Virus record (IMG/VR): IMGVR_UViG_3300024186_000007
Span: 1 to 41,566 of that record
Direction: 5' to 3' (one strand)
Length of the DNA: 41,566 nt
DNA from: a virus
Taxonomy: Duplodnaviria; Caudoviricetes
Part shown: positions 7,926 through 15,156 of the stretch, in pieces
Numbering within the stretch: the first letter of the stretch is position 1
Layout: every line of letters begins with the position of its first letter
Position numbers and translations under genes: made by a program
Notes under the pieces: generated by a model
Seen by the model: only the letters and a program-made list of their open reading frames with translations
The model's database searches: none
What the model was told of the DNA's origin: nothing

Positions 7926-8549
7926 TCATGGCTTGATCCGGCGCCGGTTGCTGACCGGCAGGCCAATCGACCGCCCCTCGTCCTGCTGCTTGATCTCGGC
8001 CTGCATGTTCATGCCAGCCCAGGTGAAGGCACTCAGCAGCGGCTCCATCACCGACGCGCACAGGTTCACCCGCTGGCGCACCGTGTCGCTCACCGCATCC
8101 GACGAATTGGCCAGCTTAACGATCCGCTTGACCTGCCGCAGATAATGCGCCGACGAAGCCCGGAACCCGCCGGCTATGTCGGCCGGAGCATCGCGCGCAT
8201 ACAACTCGACCAACTTCACCCGAAGCAGCGACGAGTTGGGCCGGCTGCCTATCGAGTAGGCCGGATGATCGGTCGCCTTGCGCGCGGCTGCATTGATCCT
8301 TGACCGCGCCTGGTTGCGATGCTGCACCACGCCATAGCGTTGCACCGTGTTGCTGTCGAATACATCGGCCGGCTCCTCGAGCAGACTTTGTGCCACCAGC
8401 CAGCGGTCGAACTCGGTCAGCGGCATCTCGAACCACTGCTCGTCAAGCAGGTTCTTCCCTGTCGCCTCCTCAAACGATGCCTTGTGGTCGTGATAGAAAC
8501 TCTTCGCCAGCTCGATGGATGCCCGGTGCTGTGGCCGCGGATCACTCAT
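7926..8549 (-). CDS. Hypothetical protein
   Basis: ATGA-coupled start MSDPRPQHRAS at 8549 with GGAGG RBS. Confidence 0.65.
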   Translation of the reverse strand: MSDPRPQHRASIELAKSFYHDHKASFEEATGKNLLDEQWFEMPLTEFDRWLVAQSLLEEPADVFDSNTVQRYGVVQHRNQARSRINAAARKATDHPAYSIGSRPNSSLLRVKLVELYARDAPADIAGGFRASSAHYLRQVKRIVKLANSSDAVSDTVRQRVNLCASVMEPLLSAFTWAGMNMQAEIKQQDEGRSIGLPVSNRRRIKP

Positions 8550-9613
8550 GCAACGTCCTCCTCCCTGCTGATGATGAGACGCAGATTGCTGCGCCGGCCC
8601 GAGCGTTGCGGCGGCGTCAGAGACTTCAGCGCCTGGTCGATCTCGGCGATGTAATCCTTGAACCGGTCGATCACCTCCGGCGCCACATCGACGCCTTCCG
8701 CCATCAGAGTTCCCAGCATACGGCAGCACTGTTTCACGTCATGCGTGCCGCGACGCATCAGGTTCATGGCGTCCTTGACCCGATCATCGCTCATGCGCAG
8801 CGGTGAGTTGCGCATGGAATGCCGCGGCATGCCGAGTTCTTCGTAGAACAGGACGTTGGCGCGCTCGCGCAGCTTGATAGCGGTCATCTCGCCGCTGCCG
8901 CCGACTGCATCAATGATCTTCTGCGCAAAGTCGAGTTGGTGCTCCACCGGCAGATAGGACTGGACGACCTCGCCGGATACGATCCGCCGGAACTCAGCGA
9001 GGTGATAGTCCAGCTTGAATAGTCTGGCGCATTTGGCATCGAACGTGACTGCTTCCGCCCCGCCGAGCCTACCGCTGTCGCGCAGCACGCCCAGTGCCAG
9101 CCGGATCTGCCCAAGCGTGTAGGCACCGGCCGGCGCGACTGCGGCAATGCAATCTTCACCTGGAGTGCCGCCTGCTCGTATCCGTCCCCAGGCGGTCTGT
9201 GCTGCATTGGGTGAGATAGCAAAAATTTTTGCTATCTCGTCCGAGCTGTCGTGCTTGAGGCACTCGGCAGTGATCACCCGGCTCAGTGCCGCAATGGCAT
9301 CAAGACTCGCTGCTGCGGTCGTGCCGCGCTGCATCGCGTTCTCCGACGCCAGCATGATCACCATCCGCGCATCGCTAAGAGCGAGCACTTCAATCGGCAC
9401 GACATCCAGACCGTGCCGCCGTGCCGCCTCAATGCGATGATGACCAAAGGCTAGTTCGTATCCTTCGCCAGCAGGACGGGCCACCACGCTGCTCCAGAAC
9501 CCGTTGCTCTTGATTGATGCAAGCAGCTTCGCTACCTGCGCCTCGTCAATCGGGTGCAGCTCGAAGTCGCGGAACGGATTGGGCTGGATCAGCTCAAGCC
9601 GGATCTCAGGCAT
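8546..9613 (-). CDS. ParB/Srx N-terminal domain protein
   Basis: IQPNPFR...LLASIKSNGF..VVAR...YELAFGHHRIEAAR ParB box motifs. Confidence 0.85.
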   Translation of the reverse strand: MPEIRLELIQPNPFRDFELHPIDEAQVAKLLASIKSNGFWSSVVARPAGEGYELAFGHHRIEAARRHGLDVVPIEVLALSDARMVIMLASENAMQRGTTAAASLDAIAALSRVITAECLKHDSSDEIAKIFAISPNAAQTAWGRIRAGGTPGEDCIAAVAPAGAYTLGQIRLALGVLRDSGRLGGAEAVTFDAKCARLFKLDYHLAEFRRIVSGEVVQSYLPVEHQLDFAQKIIDAVGGSGEMTAIKLRERANVLFYEELGMPRHSMRNSPLRMSDDRVKDAMNLMRRGTHDVKQCCRMLGTLMAEGVDVAPEVIDRFKDYIAEIDQALKSLTPPQRSGRRSNLRLIISREEDVA

Positions 9614-10175
9614 GCATCACCTCCGCGAGTTGGGCAGGCAACCTGCGAAACACCGTGCCGGCACCACGCTGCACAAGCGCTGCCGCAAGCTGGAAACCGC
9701 TGCCCGGCCAGGGCAACGGCGGCTGATCCACCAGCATGAAGCACGTCACGCCAAACTCGGCCGCCTCGATCTCTCGCAGCCGCGCTTTGGTGACGAAGTG
9801 CGTGATCGTCGCCAGAAACACCACGTTGGGCGATAGCTCCATCGCGTGGCGCAGGAACGGACGAAACTTCGACCACGGCGGATTGCTGATGATCCAGTCC
9901 GCCGGCTCCCGATACGTCAGGAAGTCACGGCCTTCCGTCACCTCGCACCAACGGACGTCGTTGCTGTGACGCAGCATCGCGCTATAGAACGCACCATTGC
10001 CACGACATGGATCGAGCAGCCGGCCGCGCGGCTGGTAGAAGTCCACAATGCGCCGGGCGAGTTCGGGTGGCGTCATGACCAGATCGTGGTGTGCAGCGTT
10101 CTGCCCCGGCGCGAGGCGTCGCTTTGCGGGCTTCGGAGCCGCCAACGCCGGGAACAGCGTGAGTTGACCCGCCAT
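9606..10175 (-). CDS. Small amino-DNA methyltransferase (N6-adenine/N4-cytosine, gamma-type motif order)
   Basis: TPPEL (motif X), LLDPCRGNGAF (motif I), WIISNPPW (motif IV); start at 10175 ATG or 10178 GTG. Confidence 0.85.
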   Translation of the reverse strand: MAGQLTLFPALAAPKPAKRRLAPGQNAAHHDLVMTPPELARRIVDFYQPRGRLLDPCRGNGAFYSAMLRHSNDVRWCEVTEGRDFLTYREPADWIISNPPWSKFRPFLRHAMELSPNVVFLATITHFVTKARLREIEAAEFGVTCFMLVDQPPLPWPGSGFQLAAALVQRGAGTVFRRLPAQLAEVMHA

Positions 10176-10603
10176 CACGCCATGCCCCCGGCTCGCGCAT
10201 CCATCACCGACGCCCGCAGATGCACGCCGCACTCACGCAACGACTGCTCCACCTCGCCCACGCTGCGGCACAGCATCACCTCAGCCCCGGCATAGATCAG
10301 CCGCCGATGCGTTTCCTTCTGTGCTGCCGATACCACACCGCGCGCCGCCTTCAGCTCGATGAACAGCGCACGACCGCGGTGGATCACCTCGATGTCGGGC
10401 CATCCCTTGCAGTAGCCGGAACGGCTTAGTGCCACCTGCGCGCCCTTGCTGCGCTTGCCCTCGCCGGGGCTGTGGTGCGCGATAGCATCCGGCGGCAGTG
10501 CCAGCTTCAGATACTGCATGGTGGTATGCAGCAGGCCGTCCTCATCGTGCCTGCGCTGCGCGACGTTCCGGCCCCACACGGCATGGATGTTTGGCGCGCT
10601 CAC
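10175..10603 (-). CDS. VRR-NUC family nuclease
   Basis: KGWPDI...FIELKA..G.VS.AQ motif; GTGA-coupled start at 10603. Confidence 0.85.
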   Translation of the reverse strand: MSAPNIHAVWGRNVAQRRHDEDGLLHTTMQYLKLALPPDAIAHHSPGEGKRSKGAQVALSRSGYCKGWPDIEVIHRGRALFIELKAARGVVSAAQKETHRRLIYAGAEVMLCRSVGEVEQSLRECGVHLRASVMDARAGGMA

Positions 10604-10854
10604 GCCGCCACCAGATGCGAGCGCGGCCCGTTGTGCCGGCCGTAGTCGCGTCCAGCAGCCATGTCGCGCAGCCTCAGCATCAGCGCTGCCAGGATCGCGT
10701 CCGGCACCGGGACCGCACGCGCCAGCCACCCGTCCACCCACGGCATGCCGAGTGCGTGGCACTCAGCCGCCATGCGTACATTCCAGCCGGCCCCGCCATA
10801 GACGCGCCAGGCCAGGGTGGCGCAGTGCATGTAGCGGCGCTCCACCACGCTCAT
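10600..10854 (-). CDS. Hypothetical protein
   Basis: 84 aa, 4-bp overlaps on both sides. Confidence 0.6.
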   Translation of the reverse strand: MSVVERRYMHCATLAWRVYGGAGWNVRMAAECHALGMPWVDGWLARAVPVPDAILAALMLRLRDMAAGRDYGRHNGPRSHLVAA

Positions 10855-12707
10855 GCCGCCGCCTCCCGCGCCAGGATCGCGCGCCCGAGCATTTCCGGTA
10901 CTTGAGGCACCAGAGAATTGCCCAGCGAGCGCAGGCGGCTGACGCGGTCAGGCACGCCCTTCGCCACGCGCGGCACGCCGGGCCATTCGGCTACCCACGG
11001 TCCTCCACGAGCCGCCATTCCAGCCCAAACTGCTTCTTCGTCAGATAGGGACTGCCATGCTTCATGAAGCGCGTCCGATGCGTGTGGCAAAACTCCGAGT
11101 GATAAGAGGGCTTCCCGCATACCGTGCATGGTGGCGGGGTCCTCTTCGGCATGATGTCCCCCTGCCGGTGATGCAGCGATGTGTGGCAACTGGTGCAGAG
11201 CGTCTGAAGGTTCGCCGGATCGTTGTTCCGCCAGTCCCTGTCGATGTGATGGATGGACAGTTTCTCCGGCGTTCCGCAGTGCTCGCATGACGCCTTCAAG
11301 AACTTGAGGACGCGCTTCTGAACTGCCGCGCGCGTCGGGTTTTCGTGTGTCTGTGCCAGTCCCATGCACGTCCGGTCGCAGTATTTGCGGCGGCGGAACT
11401 CTTTCATTCCCTCCAGCGTGCCGCTGGTCATCATTCTCCTTCGCCGGAGAAGCTTCTGACAGTACAGGCAGTGCTTGATGGGGTCCGGCTTGATGTGCTG
11501 CGGCATTCAACCGACCTTCGTCCAATCCTTCGGAATTCCTAAAAGCCATTCCACGAACGGTGGATTGAGCGCCCCCCCCACCGCATCGTTCAGCGGCAGT
11601 CCCGCTGTCGGCGCGCGGAAGTAATCCTCCGTCCCGACTTTCAGGCTCGGTGAGCGATAGTCCCGCGAGGCCGGCGTCGGCCACATCGCCACCGCATCCT
11701 CCAGCCGGCTCTTGTGGCCGCCAGCCTTCTCTATCGCCTCCGGTGTCCGCAGTTGCGACACCATCCCCTGGCCAGACCTCGGCGTCGGCCACATCGCCAC
11801 CCAGTCGTTCAGGTTGCGCCCCCCGTGCTCCGTCCCGTAGCGCCCCACCCGGCTCGCATTGCCCGGCGTCGCGTCGTGCGCCTGCGGGGTAGGCCACAGC
11901 TTCACTTGCGCCGACAGTTTCGGCTCGCCACGGGAATTGAGCTTCCCCGCCACCCGGTCCATCGCATCGTCCGCGACGGGGGTCTGCCACATCCGCTCGG
12001 GATGCTGCACCAATGCTTCCAGATGCCGCGCTGCCCGCGACTGTAGCCACCACTGCACACCCGGCTTCCACGGTGCCGTCTGCGATGTCCCAAGCGTGGC
12101 CGTTGGCGTCGGCCACATCCCGCTGCGCGCCATCACCGCCAGCGAGGAGCATGTATTGCGCCCCATCCGCTCCTTCATCGCCATGTGCGCCTCGAACGAC
12201 TTCCCGTCGTCCTTCGCCACTGGGGTAGGCAACAATCCATATGCGCTCGCGGCGGTGCGGGGCGCCCATGTCGGCTGCGGAAATAATTCGCCATTCCGCA
12301 TCGAACCCGAGCGCGGCAAGGTCACAGAGGACCCGCTCCAGTCCTCGGCCAACGAGAGCTGCCACGTTTTCAATGAGTGCGTATCGGGGTCGTAGCTCGC
12401 CAATGAGCCGGGCGAACTCGGACCACAGGCCGGACTGTGGCCCGGTGATGCCTGCGCCCTTTCCGGCGATGCTGATGTCGGTGCAGGGGAAGCCGCCGCA
12501 AATGACGTCCACGGAAATTCCGTCTGCCCGCAGTCGTTCAGCCGTGAGGGATCGAACGTCGTCATAACAAGGCACCTCCGGCCAGTGCTTCGCCAGCACC
12601 CGCCGGCAGTAGGGGTCGATCTCGACAAACGCGCAGGTGCGGAAGCCGGCCCGCTCAAGGCCGAGGCTGAACGCCCCGATACCGGAGAAAAGGTCCAGCA
12701 CGTTCAT
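10851..12707 (-). CDS. DNA cytosine-5 methyltransferase, catalytic (alpha) chain: motifs I-VIII and X
   Basis: MNVLDLFSGIG (I), GGFPC (IV), IENV (VI), HRRERIWIVAY (VIII), ~400 aa low-information linker, RLRSLGNSLVPQV (X); ATGA-coupled to gcrA. Confidence 0.9.
   Translation of the reverse strand: MNVLDLFSGIGAFSLGLERAGFRTCAFVEIDPYCRRVLAKHWPEVPCYDDVRSLTAERLRADGISVDVICGGFPCTDISIAGKGAGITGPQSGLWSEFARLIGELRPRYALIENVAALVGRGLERVLCDLAALGFDAEWRIISAADMGAPHRRERIWIVAYPSGEGRREVVRGAHGDEGADGAQYMLLAGGDGAQRDVADANGHAWDIADGTVEAGCAVVATVAGSAASGSIGAASRADVADPRRGRCDGPGGGEAQFPWRAETVGASEAVAYPAGARRDAGQCEPGGALRDGARGAQPERLGGDVADAEVWPGDGVATADTGGDREGWRPQEPAGGCGGDVADAGLAGLSLTEPESRDGGLLPRADSGTAAERCGGGGAQSTVRGMAFRNSEGLDEGRLNAAAHQAGPHQALPVLSEASPAKENDDQRHAGGNERVPPPQILRPDVHGTGTDTRKPDARGSSEARPQVLEGVMRALRNAGETVHPSHRQGLAEQRSGEPSDALHQLPHIAASPAGGHHAEEDPATMHGMREALLSLGVLPHASDALHEAWQSLSDEEAVWAGMAARGGPWVAEWPGVPRVAKGVPDRVSRLRSLGNSLVPQVPEMLGRAILAREAAA
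10991..11506 (-). CDS. HNH endonuclease with zinc-finger motifs, nested in the methyltransferase ORF
   Basis: CEHCG...IHHIDRDWRNNDPANLQTLCTSCH HNH core and extra CxxC motifs; ATG directly follows the beta-chain TGA. Confidence 0.88.
   Translation of the reverse strand: MPQHIKPDPIKHCLYCQKLLRRRRMMTSGTLEGMKEFRRRKYCDRTCMGLAQTHENPTRAAVQKRVLKFLKASCEHCGTPEKLSIHHIDRDWRNNDPANLQTLCTSCHTSLHHRQGDIMPKRTPPPCTVCGKPSYHSEFCHTHRTRFMKHGSPYLTKKQFGLEWRLVEDRG
11507..12565 (-). CDS. Methyltransferase second (beta) chain in an overlapping frame: six WPTP target-recognition-like cassettes plus motif IX
   Basis: Repeats LPTP/WPTP/WQTP/WPTP/WPTP/WPTP, then LNPPFVEWLLGIPKDWT (motif IX-like); start uncertain (ATG 12565 or ATG 12301). 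Confidence 0.8.
   Translation of the reverse strand: MTTFDPSRLNDCGQTEFPWTSFAAASPAPTSASPERAQASPGHSPACGPSSPGSLASYDPDTHSLKTWQLSLAEDWSGSSVTLPRSGSMRNGELFPQPTWAPRTAASAYGLLPTPVAKDDGKSFEAHMAMKERMGRNTCSSLAVMARSGMWPTPTATLGTSQTAPWKPGVQWWLQSRAARHLEALVQHPERMWQTPVADDAMDRVAGKLNSRGEPKLSAQVKLWPTPQAHDATPGNASRVGRYGTEHGGRNLNDWVAMWPTPRSGQGMVSQLRTPEAIEKAGGHKSRLEDAVAMWPTPASRDYRSPSLKVGTEDYFRAPTAGLPLNDAVGGALNPPFVEWLLGIPKDWTKVG
11672..12232. repeat. Six degenerate repeats marking the WPTP cassette boundaries
   Basis: Cores at 11672, 11780, 11885, 11978, 12104 and 12221 (spacings 108, 105, 93, 126, 117); CGGCGTCGGCCACATCGCCACC is identical at 11672-11693 and 11780-11801. Confidence 0.85.
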
Positions 12708-13135
12708 GCCGCAGCCCGCCGTGGTGGCACGATCCAGCAGCGGCGACGGCACGGCTCACAGTATGGCCCGCCATCAACCACCGGCGCGTCACACCAGTCC
12801 CAGTGTGGCCGGTTGCCCCGCGGATACAGGCAGCCACGCGGCGCCACAGGCTCCCGCGGGGGCGGGGGCGGCTCCAGTGCTGGCGCGGGCGGCGTCTGCT
12901 CTGCCTTCACTGGCCTGGGGCGTGCGGGAGGCCGCGTCTGGCCAGCGGCGCGGATCGGCGAGGGCCGCGGCGGCAAGTTCAGCCGGTGCGCCTTGCCGAC
13001 CACTGCCGATTTGCTGACGCCCAGCTCAGTGCCGATCAGGGTGGCGGCGGCCCCGTCCGACCATCGCTGGCGCAGGTGCGCCGTGGCGGCCTCGCCCCAC
13101 GCGTGCGGCTGGCGTCCAGGGTTCGCCGCGCTCAC
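12704..13135 (-). CDS. gcrA: GcrA-family cell-cycle regulator homologue
   Basis: W....LRQRWSDG....IGTELGVSKSAVVGKAHRLNLPPRPSPI N-domain, Pro-rich linker, C-domain CLYP.G......CDAP...GPYC..C. Confidence 0.88.
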   Translation of the reverse strand: MSAANPGRQPHAWGEAATAHLRQRWSDGAAATLIGTELGVSKSAVVGKAHRLNLPPRPSPIRAAGQTRPPARPRPVKAEQTPPAPALEPPPPPREPVAPRGCLYPRGNRPHWDWCDAPVVDGGPYCEPCRRRCWIVPPRRAAA

Positions 13136-13350
13136 CGGCCATTCCTGGACTGCACGCCTCGGGGCTTAGTCCGCGCCAGGTATTCCGGGGTGATCTCCGG
13201 GGCGATGGCCGCGATCCGGTGCCAGTGCGACGCGGGAATGCCCCGCACGCGCCACTTGCTCACCGTGTTCTCTCGCATCCGCAGCAATCCAGCCACCCGC
13301 TGGTACCCCCCGAGGTCGTCCAGGATTTTCGCGTGTCGGTTAGCTGACAT
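13132..13350 (-). CDS. Cro-like HTH regulator
   Basis: ILDDLGGYQRVAGLL....NTVSKWRVRGIPASHW; divergent from the CI-like gene. Confidence 0.85.
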   Translation of the reverse strand: MSANRHAKILDDLGGYQRVAGLLRMRENTVSKWRVRGIPASHWHRIAAIAPEITPEYLARTKPRGVQSRNGR

Positions 13351-13366
13351 CAGACTGCCACAATCT

Positions 13367-13419
13367 AGACTAGTCGTCCATGCGTCAAGTCGTGGTTGCG
13401 GCGCGGGACAAATTGTCCC
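13367..13419. promoter_or_regulatory. OR-like operators between cro and cI
   Basis: AGAC-tagtc-GTCC (13367-13379) and GGGAC-aaatt-GTCCC (13405-13419); TTGACG on the minus strand upstream of cro. Confidence 0.6.
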
Positions 13420-13453
13420 AGATTAGCAGGAAATCTGCTGCGACAGGGATTCC

Positions 13454-13852
13454 GTGAGAAAGACCGAAATTCAGCGCCAAAAAGAACTGGCTATGGGCGT
13501 CGCAGAACGGCTGGCAACAGCCCGCCAACTGGTCGGCATGACGCGAACCGAGCTAGCCGCAGCGTGCGGCGTCGATGCGTCCACCATCGCTCACGTCGAG
13601 AACAGCGTGCGGCTACCTAGCATTCATCTGCTAATGTCCTTGTGCCACATCCTACGTATTTCGCCGCAATATCTGATGTGGGGATCGCTCGAAGCAGTTG
13701 ATCAAGAGCTAGCAGTCCGTCTGAAACAGATACGGCCGGAGTTGAGTTGGCCATCTGCGCAGCCCACCCCAGGCACCTCGGACAGTTCCGCACCGAGCAG
13801 TGGTCCGAAACCCAGGACACGCCGCTTGCTTGCCATGAACGCTGCAAATTAA
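13454..13852 (+). CDS. CI-like XRE HTH repressor (no S24 peptidase domain)
   Basis: RLATARQLVGMTRTELAAACGVDASTIAHVEN..RLPS....LC..L.ISPQYL. Confidence 0.85.
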   Translation: MRKTEIQRQKELAMGVAERLATARQLVGMTRTELAAACGVDASTIAHVENSVRLPSIHLLMSLCHILRISPQYLMWGSLEAVDQELAVRLKQIRPELSWPSAQPTPGTSDSSAPSSGPKPRTRRLLAMNAAN

Positions 13853-13877
13853 AATAGCAGGAAACACCCTTTTTTTG

Positions 13878-13907
13878 TTGACCGTCAGGACTGTCAGTCC
13901 CTACGTT
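13878..13907 (+). promoter_or_regulatory. PL-like promoter with an operator in its spacer
   Basis: TTGACC-N18-TACGTT preceded by a T tract; GGAC-tgtca-GTCC palindrome at 13888-13900. Confidence 0.65.
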
Positions 13908-14220
13908 GTGTAGCGACATTACGCTACTGGACAACGGCACGTGCGGCATATTCACCCCCTCAAGGCGGCAGTTTCCGAACGGCTGACGACGGACTTCCAG
14001 TTCCCCGAAGCCCCATGTGGCGGGTTGGACGCGCCCGACCATACAGTAACGCCGCTGTCACACTCATCCTATGCGCAAACCGGCAAGCAGCGTCCCGATG
14101 CGCGTGTGCAACGTGACTCCAACGCAACTCTCGCGTGGAATATCCGTGATGTCCCAGGCGTTACGGCGAATGTCTCCGAGCAAACCGCAACCTCACAAAT
14201 TCTTTATCGGACCACAAACG

Positions 14221-14400
14221 ATGCCCCGTCGCCCGCGCCCCGTGACCTATGCGCAGGCGATGAACGCCCTGCTCGACGCCTATCTGACGCTGTTCCGCAT
14301 CCTCGAACTGCGGCTTCTGGACCCGCAGACGCGGGAGGAGCTGGAACTGCTGCGGGACCGGCTGGCGCTGGTGACGCGCCGGGACAACGGGAGGCGCTGA
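14221..14400 (+). CDS. Hypothetical protein
   Basis: MPRRPRPVTYAQAMNALLDAYL...; high-GC3 codon pattern; start could lie further upstream. Confidence 0.6.
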   Translation: MPRRPRPVTYAQAMNALLDAYLTLFRILELRLLDPQTREELELLRDRLALVTRRDNGRR

Positions 14401-14606
14401 GCGCTGAAATAGCGCAGATCCTGCGCGCACAGCGGGACCGGGATTTCGTCGCGACGCTGGCCGAATGGCAGCGCGCCTCTGGCACGGATCGCGCCTACTG
14501 GCGCCGCTATGTCCGCCTCGCGATCGCCGAGGAGCGCGCCAGGCTCGCCAAGAGCCGCGCCGCACTACTCGCCGCCACCACCCGCAATCGGCAGGAGGCC
14601 GCATGA
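14397..14606 (+). CDS. Hypothetical helical protein (start uncertain)
   Basis: Protein-like C-terminal part of ORF 13941..14606 ending QEAA with ATGA coupling to the next gene. Confidence 0.45.
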   Translation: MSAEIAQILRAQRDRDFVATLAEWQRASGTDRAYWRRYVRLAIAEERARLAKSRAALLAATTRNRQEAA

Positions 14607-14842
14607 TGGACCACCCGGACAACGCATCCCTGCTCACGAACGCCGCCGCCCTGCTAGAGCGCGCCCGCAGCGACGAGCGGGCGCTGGAGCTCGAGATGAC
14701 GGTGCTCCAGACGCGGCTGGAGATGATGCGCGAGGTCGTGGCGGCCCTCACTGGCCGCCCGCGGGTGCGCCGCCAGCGCGCGCCACGTCTCGTGGAGACG
14801 CCCCAGGAGGCGCCTGAGATGGCCCCGCAGGACGCCGCATGA
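14603..14842 (+). CDS. Hypothetical coiled-coil protein
   Basis: AGGAGG RBS, MMDHPDNASLL..., ATGA overlaps on both sides. Confidence 0.7.
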   Translation: MMDHPDNASLLTNAAALLERARSDERALELEMTVLQTRLEMMREVVAALTGRPRVRRQRAPRLVETPQEAPEMAPQDAA

Positions 14843-15156
14843 GCGAGCGTCCCAACCTCCCGGTGCCCGACGAGCTCGCAACCGTGCGCGCCGACATGAA
14901 GCGGTTGGAAACGCGAGAGGCGGAACTGAAGCAGATCCTGCTCAGCGATCCCAGCGCAAGGACGGGCGCGTCCTGGCTGGCCGAAATCAAGACGGTGACC
15001 ACCCAGCGCCTCGACGTGAAAGAGCTGCGCGCCAATCACCCAGACATCGCCGAGCAGTACACCTTCCCGACCGAGGTCACCCGCGTCGTGCTGTCGGGCA
15101 TCGACGAGCACGGCGAGATCATCCCAGCGCGGCAGTTCCGCAAAGCAACCGCATGA
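14839..15156 (+). CDS. Hypothetical phage protein
   Basis: 105 aa with DELATVRADMKRLE...RLDVKELRANHPDI; coupled overlaps. Confidence 0.75.
   Translation: MSERPNLPVPDELATVRADMKRLETREAELKQILLSDPSARTGASWLAEIKTVTTQRLDVKELRANHPDIAEQYTFPTEVTRVVLSGIDEHGEIIPARQFRKATA

Noticed and set aside
8546-9613. ParABS plasmid-prophage partition system
   Set aside because: No ParA Walker-box ATPase or parS array recognised.
11672-12232. CRISPR array
   Set aside because: Repeats are degenerate, units are 93-126 bp and always multiples of 3, they encode a peptide motif, and there are no cas genes.
10991-12300. Intein or self-splicing intron within the methyltransferase
   Set aside because: No intein-type terminal residues (C/S...HN-C/S/T) in the alpha frame, and the interval is fully occupied by two ORFs, leaving no room for a ribozyme core.
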